NCBI GenBank assembly: GCA_041389885.1
Contig: JAWKRB010000006.1
Location: 259,101 to 323,100 of the forward strand
Length of the DNA: 64,000 nucleotides
DNA from: Polyangiales bacterium
Lineage (GTDB): Bacteria; Myxococcota_A; Polyangia; Polyangiales; Ga0077539
Reading direction: 5' to 3'
A program made the position numbers and the translations under genes. Numbering within the stretch: position 1 is the stretch's first letter; each line of letters begins with the position of its first letter. Below are positions 58,827-64,000 of the stretch, piece after piece. Under the pieces are notes generated by a model. That model saw only the letters and a list, made by a program, of their open reading frames with translations, ran no database searches and had not been told where the DNA came from.

Positions 58827-61101
58827 TCAGGCGTCGCCGCGCCAGGGGCGGTCGGACTCGTACTCCTCCTCGAGGTCGTCGGCCAGGGCCGCGCGCACCT
58901 GCGCGGGCAGGTCGTCGAGCGCGATGCGGGTGCCCTTCGCGCGCCGCACCGCGTGCTCGATCGCGGCGTCGAGCTCGTCGAGGTTGCCCGGCCAGCGGTA
59001 GCTCCGGAGCGCGAGCGCGGCCTCAGGGCCGACCCCCAGCGCCGCGCGGCCGTGCACCCGGCACGCGCGGTCGATCGACAGCAGCGTGAGCGACTCGAGG
59101 TCCTCGATCCGCTCGCGGAGCGGGGGCACCCGCACCGTGCGCTCGGAGAGCATGTCGAGCAGCGCGCGAGGGAGGTCGAAGCGCTCGGGTCGGTCGCGCA
59201 TCGTCACGACGACGCGCACGTCGACCGCGTAGCCGTGCTCGGCGCCCAGGCGCCGCGACGTGCCCGTGCGAAGCGCGTCGACGAGGGCGACCTGGGCGTC
59301 GTGTCCCAGCGCCGGGAGGTCTTCGAGGACCAGCGTTCCGCCCGCGGCGTGCTCCAGCCAGCCCGCGCGCTCGGGGCTCTCGCGGGCGTCGCCCACCAGC
59401 GCCGCGAGCAGCCCGTCGAGGCGCGCGCCCCCGGCGTCGAGGATCACGAACGGAGACGCCGCGCCGGGGCCCTGGTCGTGCAGCACCTTCGCGATCGCCG
59501 CCGCGCCCGCTCCTCCCTCCGACACGAGCGCCACAGGACCCCGCATCGAGAGCGCGATCGCCTTGTCTCGCAGCGACCTCGACGTCGCCGCGTACGCCGT
59601 CCAGCGCTCGTCGCGCTCGCCCAGCGCCCGCATGCGCCTGGCGCCCTCGTGGAGCGCGACGAGCCGCTGGGTCTCTCGCGACGCCTCGACCGCGAGGCGG
59701 TCTGCGCCCTCGGCGCGGGTCACGGCCTCGTCGGCGCGGGCGCGCGCGGTCGAGCGCCGCCAGCATCGAGACCACGCCCTCGACGCGCAGCGCGAGGGCC
59801 TCGACCCGGAGCTGCTCCTCGTAGCTCGGCACGGCGGTGCGCGCGCCGCGAGGGATGAGGATCGCCCCCACCAGCTCCTCCCCCTCGCGCAGCGGCACCG
59901 CGCCGAGCGCGCCGAGCTCGTCGAGCGCGGAGACCAGCGGGCGCAGCTCCGCGCGGCGCACCTCGTAGGGGCGGAGCGTGTCGGTGAACACCGCGCCGGG
60001 GCGCGCGCGCATCCACGACAGCACCGGCCGCGCGGTGTCGAGCCCCAGGGTCGCGCGCCGGGCCCCGCCGCTCACGTCGATGTGCAGCGCCTCGCGCTTG
60101 TTCAAGAGCCAGATCGCCGCGGGGGCGCGGAGGTTGCGGGCCGCCGCGCGGAGCGGGTCGAGCACGGCCGCCGCGAGGTCGATCTCGTCGCGGACCGCGG
60201 GCAACAGGCGCTCGACCTCGTCGCACGCGTCCAGCAGCCGGCCGTCGTCAGGGCGGAGCCGCCTCTCGAGCACCGGGATGAGCGCGAAGGTGGTCGCCAG
60301 GGCCACGCAGACCGCGAGCAGCGGCACCGAGGGGAGCGCGAGCGCCAGGGCGCCCCCCGCGAAGAGACCCGCCAGCGCGGCCGCGCTGCGACGCGCGAGG
60401 AGGGCCGAGCGGTCGAGGCCGAGGGCGCCGGTGCCGGCGGTGAGGCCGATGACCTGCGCCGAGGCGCCTGCCGCGAGCACGAGGGGGGAGACGTCGCGGC
60501 CCCACATCGCCCGCACGAGCATCGCCGCCGCGAGGATCGCCGCGCCGACGCCCGGCGCGATGAGCCGCGCCCGCTCCATGGGCATGAGGGGTCGGCGCAC
60601 GGCGTGGAGGTGGTAGAGCGCGCCGAACGCGCTCGCGCCGAACGCGCTGTACGCGCCGAGGGACCAGTCTCGCGTTGCGGCTGGCCACATGGCCAGGGTC
60701 GCGAAGCCGCCCACCAGCAGTCCCGGCAGCGCCGCGCGGCGAAGCGTGTCGACGCGCAGGGGGAGCGCCGCGGCCATCGCCGTCGCCACCCCGAGCACCT
60801 CGCCGAACAGGATCGCCTGCACCACCCGGAGCGCGTGCGTCGGGGGAACGGTGCCGGCCACGGTGGTCGCGACCAGCGAGGCCGCGAGGGCGCCGGTGAT
60901 CAGCGCGGCCTCCGCGGCGACGGGCGCGATGGCCGCGGCGGCGCGTCGGGGCGCGAGGGCGCACACGCCCGCGAGCGCGAGCGTGGCGGCGCCCTCGAGG
61001 GTCACGGGCCGACCCGAGAGCGACCACGCGGAGACGGCGACCCCCGCGCTCATCAGCGCGGCGAGCTCGCTCCAGGGCGCTCTCTCTCGTAGGGGTGACA
61101 T
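58827..61101 (-). CDS. Membrane (~8 TM) - GAF-like - degenerate sigma-54-activator-type AAA+ domain protein; frameshift in a (CG)n tract near 59738-59752; no DNA-binding domain
   Basis: ATG at 61101 with GAGGAG RBS. Frame A runs to ...VVSMLAALDRAR. Frame B runs from ...ADEAVTRAEGADRL... to the stop at 58827. AAA+ motifs: Walker B GGTLVLEDL, RFDLPRAL, PPLRERIEDL, YRWPGNLDELD. Walker A is SEGGAGAAA with no Lys, and there is no GAFTGA. Confidence 0.5.
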
Positions 61102-61169
61102 CGCGGGGCTCCTCGCTTGCCCGGCCGACGCTATGCCGACTCAGGGGCGCGCGCAAAGCACGCGCACGG

Positions 61170-62420
61170 TCAGGCGGGCTCGGCGACCATCGATGAGGCG
61201 GCGTGGTCGGTCTGCGCGTGAAAGCGGATCTCGGCCATGGTGCCGAGCTCCGTGAGCGCGTCGACGGCGTGCTGGAGCTCTTCCCAGGTGTGCCCGCGGG
61301 TGACGTTCACGCGCAGGCGCTCCTCGCCCACCTTCACGCCGGGATAGGTGATGGGGACCATGTGCAGCCCCTGCTCGAAGAGCAGGTGGTGGAGCATCAT
61401 GGCCTTGCGCTCGTCCTTCACCATCACGGGCATGATGTGGGTGTCGCTGGTCCCGAGGTCGAAGCCCCGCTCGACGAGGCGCGCGCGGAGCCACGCGGCC
61501 TTCTCGTGGAGCTCCGCCACGAGCGCGGGGCCGTCGTCTTCGAGCATCGTGAGGATCGTCGCCGCCGCGGCGACCACCGGCACCGGGAGCGTGGCCGAGA
61601 AGACGAAGCTGCGGGCGGTGTGCTTGATGAGGTCGATGACCTCCTCGCTCCCGAGGATGATCCCGCCGATGCCGCCGAAGACCTTGGAGAAGGTCGACAC
61701 CACCACCGGCGCGCGGCCCTCGAGGTCGAGGTCCTCGAGCACGCCGCGGCCGTGCTTGCCGAGGGTCCCCGAGCCGTGCGCGTCGTCGACCACGAGCGCG
61801 GCGCCGTAGCGGTCGCAGACCTCGATGATCGGCGCCAGCGCGCCCTTGTCGCCGTCGAGGGAGTAGATCCCCTCGACCAGCACCAGGGCGTTGGGGCGCT
61901 CGCGGCTCTTGAGCACGCGCTCGAGGGAGCGCGCGGAGTTGTGGTTGAAGAACCGAACCTCCGCTCCCCGCCCCGGCACCCCCGCCGCGAGGAACGACCC
62001 GTCGAGGATGCAGGCGTGCGAGAGGTTGTCGAGGATCAGCGTGGTGTCCTTGTCGGCCAGGGACATCACCGTCGCCACCATCGCTTGGTACCCCGTGGTG
62101 GTGACCAGGCAGGCGGGGAAGCCGAAGAACTTCGCGAGCCGCGCCTCGATCTCGACGTGCGCCGTGGTCGTGGCCTGCACGCGCGACGACGACAGCCCGC
62201 ACGCGAACTCGTCGACCGCGCGCTTCGCGGCCTCCTTCACGTCGGGGTGGTTGGTCAGCCCGAGGTAGTCGTTGGAGCTGAAGTTCACGAAGGGGTGACC
62301 GGCGACGGTGGTCCTGAGCCCGCCGGTCTCAAAGGCGCGAAAGAAGGGGTAGACCCCGGCCTCGCGGGCCTCGCGCACGCGGGCCAGATCCCGGTGGGCC
62401 TTGTCGTCGATCCAACTCAT
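61170..62420 (-). CDS. Alpha-oxoamine synthase family PLP enzyme (AONS / serine palmitoyltransferase / KBL-like)
   Basis: ATG at 62420 with GAGGAAG RBS. PLP-lysine motif STFSKVFGGIGG. DDAHGSG and NDYLGL motifs. Confidence 0.75.
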   Translation of the reverse strand: MSWIDDKAHRDLARVREAREAGVYPFFRAFETGGLRTTVAGHPFVNFSSNDYLGLTNHPDVKEAAKRAVDEFACGLSSSRVQATTTAHVEIEARLAKFFGFPACLVTTTGYQAMVATVMSLADKDTTLILDNLSHACILDGSFLAAGVPGRGAEVRFFNHNSARSLERVLKSRERPNALVLVEGIYSLDGDKGALAPIIEVCDRYGAALVVDDAHGSGTLGKHGRGVLEDLDLEGRAPVVVSTFSKVFGGIGGIILGSEEVIDLIKHTARSFVFSATLPVPVVAAAATILTMLEDDGPALVAELHEKAAWLRARLVERGFDLGTSDTHIMPVMVKDERKAMMLHHLLFEQGLHMVPITYPGVKVGEERLRVNVTRGHTWEELQHAVDALTELGTMAEIRFHAQTDHAASSMVAEPA

Positions 62421-62427
62421 CGCTTCC

Positions 62428-63606
62428 TCACTTTGCGCGCCGCACCACGAGGGCCGACGCATTGCCATAGAACCCGAGGGCGGTGATCACCACCGTGTCG
62501 ATCCTGGGAGGGATCTCCCCCGAGACCCCGTCCCTCACCGCCGCGCCCTCGAACCACCCGAGCGCGCAAGCCAGCGCCAGCGCGCCGCTCGCGCCGAAGG
62601 TCTCGCCGAGCCGCGCCTTGGGCGCGCACACCGCCGCCGCGGGGAGCGCCGCGGCGATCGCCGCCCGCTCGGCCTCGTCCAGCGCCGGCTGACCGCAGAG
62701 CCCGCTCACCACCAGGTCGACCTCGCCCGGCGCGACGCCCGCGTCGTCGAGCGCCTCGCGAATCGCCCGAGCCAGCGCCGTCGACGAGGGCGCGACCAGG
62801 TGCGGCGCCGCGGCGTCGTGGTCGAACTGGGAGCCGTAGCCCACGAGCTCCCCCAAGACCCTCGCGCCCCGCGCCGCGGCGTCAGCGGGCGACTCGAGCG
62901 CGAAGAGCGCGGCGCCCTCGCCGAGGGTGATCCCCGCGTTGGGAGGGTGGCGCTCGTCGCCCTCGCAGGCCAGCGCGCCGACGCGCAGCAGGCTCTCCCA
63001 CAGCAGCTCGCTCGACGCCTCGGCGCCGCCCGCGACGATCGCCCGCGCGCGGCCCGCGTCGAGGTAGACCCCCGCGCAGCTCATCGCGTCGAGGGGCCCC
63101 GTGGGCCCGTTGGTGACGGTCACGTTGAGCGCGCGCAGCTCCTCCCAGATGCTCACGTACCCGAAGGCCGAATTGATCACCGTGTTGGGGAAGCGCGCGG
63201 GGTTCAGGTACCGCGGGTCTTCGGTCTTCGCGATGCGGTTGTTCTCCGCGACGGCCTCGGTGCTGCCGTAGGCCGTCGACGCCACGACGCCCACGCCGTC
63301 GCCGTCGTACGACGTGAACGCGCCGCCGGCCTTGATCGCTGCGTGCTCGAGGCAGAGCCGGGCGGCGACGATCGAGAGCCGGGTGAGCCGGTCGTTGTTG
63401 CGCAGGCCCTTGTCGCCGACGTACCGCGCGGCGTCGAAGCCCGCGACCTCGGCGACGCGGAGCGCGGGGTGCGGCGAGCGCGGCACCGTCGCGGGCGCGC
63501 GCGAGAACTCCGCCGGGGCAGGGGAGCCGAGGGCCTCGACGAAGGCCGACCAGCCCACGCCGAGGCTCGACACGACGCCGACGCCGGTGATCGCGACGGG
63601 CTTCAC
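62428..63606 (-). CDS. Beta-ketoacyl synthase-like protein lacking the Cys-His-His triad (chain-length-factor/KS-beta-like partner)
   Basis: Thiolase/KAS fold (GVGVVSSLG...; AIVAGGAEA). At the active site it has TNGPTGPLDAM where Cys is expected. The His motifs are replaced (SGLCGQPALDE; KARLGETFGASGAL). ATGA coupling with the upstream KAS. Confidence 0.6.
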   Translation of the reverse strand: MKPVAITGVGVVSSLGVGWSAFVEALGSPAPAEFSRAPATVPRSPHPALRVAEVAGFDAARYVGDKGLRNNDRLTRLSIVAARLCLEHAAIKAGGAFTSYDGDGVGVVASTAYGSTEAVAENNRIAKTEDPRYLNPARFPNTVINSAFGYVSIWEELRALNVTVTNGPTGPLDAMSCAGVYLDAGRARAIVAGGAEASSELLWESLLRVGALACEGDERHPPNAGITLGEGAALFALESPADAAARGARVLGELVGYGSQFDHDAAAPHLVAPSSTALARAIREALDDAGVAPGEVDLVVSGLCGQPALDEAERAAIAAALPAAAVCAPKARLGETFGASGALALACALGWFEGAAVRDGVSGEIPPRIDTVVITALGFYGNASALVVRRAK

Positions 63607-64000
63607 GACCGCGCTCCAAAGGCCGGCAGGCGACCGGGGCGGGCGATGCAGAGCACCGCGTCGTATCCGCCGAACGCGAGGGCGTTGTTGAGCACGACAT
63701 CGACCCTCGCCTCGCGCGCCGCGTTGGCGACGAGGTTCAGGTCACACTCGGGGTCGGGCGTCTCGTAGTTCATCGTGGGGGGGATGATCCCGGTGAGGAG
63801 CGTCTCGACGCAGCTCACGGCCTCGAGGGCAGAGGACGCGCCCATGCAGTGCCCGATGACGCTCTTGACGCTGCTCACGGGGGGCCGGCGCGCGCCGAGC
63901 ACCTCGGCGATGACCTTGGACTCGACGCTGTCGTTCGCGGCGGTGCCGGTGCCGTGCGCGTTCACGAAGTCGACCTCGGAGGGGTCGAGCCCCGAGCGCG
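63603..64000 (-). CDS. Beta-ketoacyl-ACP synthase (KAS I/II type), C-terminal part; the 5' end lies beyond the window end
   Basis: MNAHGTGTAANDS (first His motif) and SVKSVIGHCMGASSALE (Lys/His motif). Open frame to position 64000. Confidence 0.7.
   Translation of the reverse strand, partial: RSGLDPSEVDFVNAHGTGTAANDSVESKVIAEVLGARRPPVSSVKSVIGHCMGASSALEAVSCVETLLTGIIPPTMNYETPDPECDLNLVANAAREARVDVVLNNALAFGGYDAVLCIARPGRLPAFGARS

Overview
This is a high-GC (about 70-73%) bacterial chromosomal window. The gene content points to Myxococcota: many Ser/Thr kinases and TPR proteins, PilT paralogues, a Tol-like ExbB/ExbD/TolA/TolB cluster, and a MYXO-CTERM-like sorting tail. That attribution is inference from content, not a database hit. 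About 58 protein-coding genes can be supported. No rRNA, tRNA, CRISPR array, IS element or prophage gene was recognised.

Housekeeping and recognisable genes:
- xthA fragment at the window start
- deoxynucleoside kinase
- heme A synthase (ctaA)
- BI-1/YccA family membrane protein
- Hsp33 chaperone
- hemL
- ubiB
- uridine kinase
- two [2Fe-2S] ferredoxins
- a Tol-like tolQ-tolR-tolA-tolB cluster interrupted by an ECF sigma factor
- xerC
- a homogentisate operon (hmgA-maiA-FAH)
- an acyl-CoA dehydrogenase preceded by a perfect 18-bp palindromic operator

Accessory and unusual content:
1. Two translationally coupled PilT-family ATPase genes, both with atypical N-terminal extensions. One is a HEAT-repeat-PilT fusion. 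The other has a roughly 350-aa Pro/Glu/Arg-rich extension and is broken by two frameshifts inside the ATPase core.
2. A tandem pair of paralogous Era-like GTPases, the first with a C-terminal DUF697-like membrane domain.
3. A HAMP sensor with a degenerate kinase-like C-terminus, followed by a split or frameshifted unknown membrane protein.
4. A membrane-GAF-AAA+ protein whose sigma-54-activator-like domain has lost the Walker A lysine and the GAFTGA motif, and which carries a frameshift in a (CG)n tract.
5. At the window end, a lipid-type cluster of active KAS / Cys-less KAS-like (CLF-like) / alpha-oxoamine synthase.
6. A 1515-aa Cys-rich zincin-like secreted protein followed by an FGE-sulfatase-domain gene.
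7. Two paralogous secreted W-x-G repeat proteins.
8. A lipoprotein esterase gene carrying 24-bp and 9-bp in-frame tandem repeats.

Many long ORFs antisense to real genes are high-GC artefacts and were rejected.
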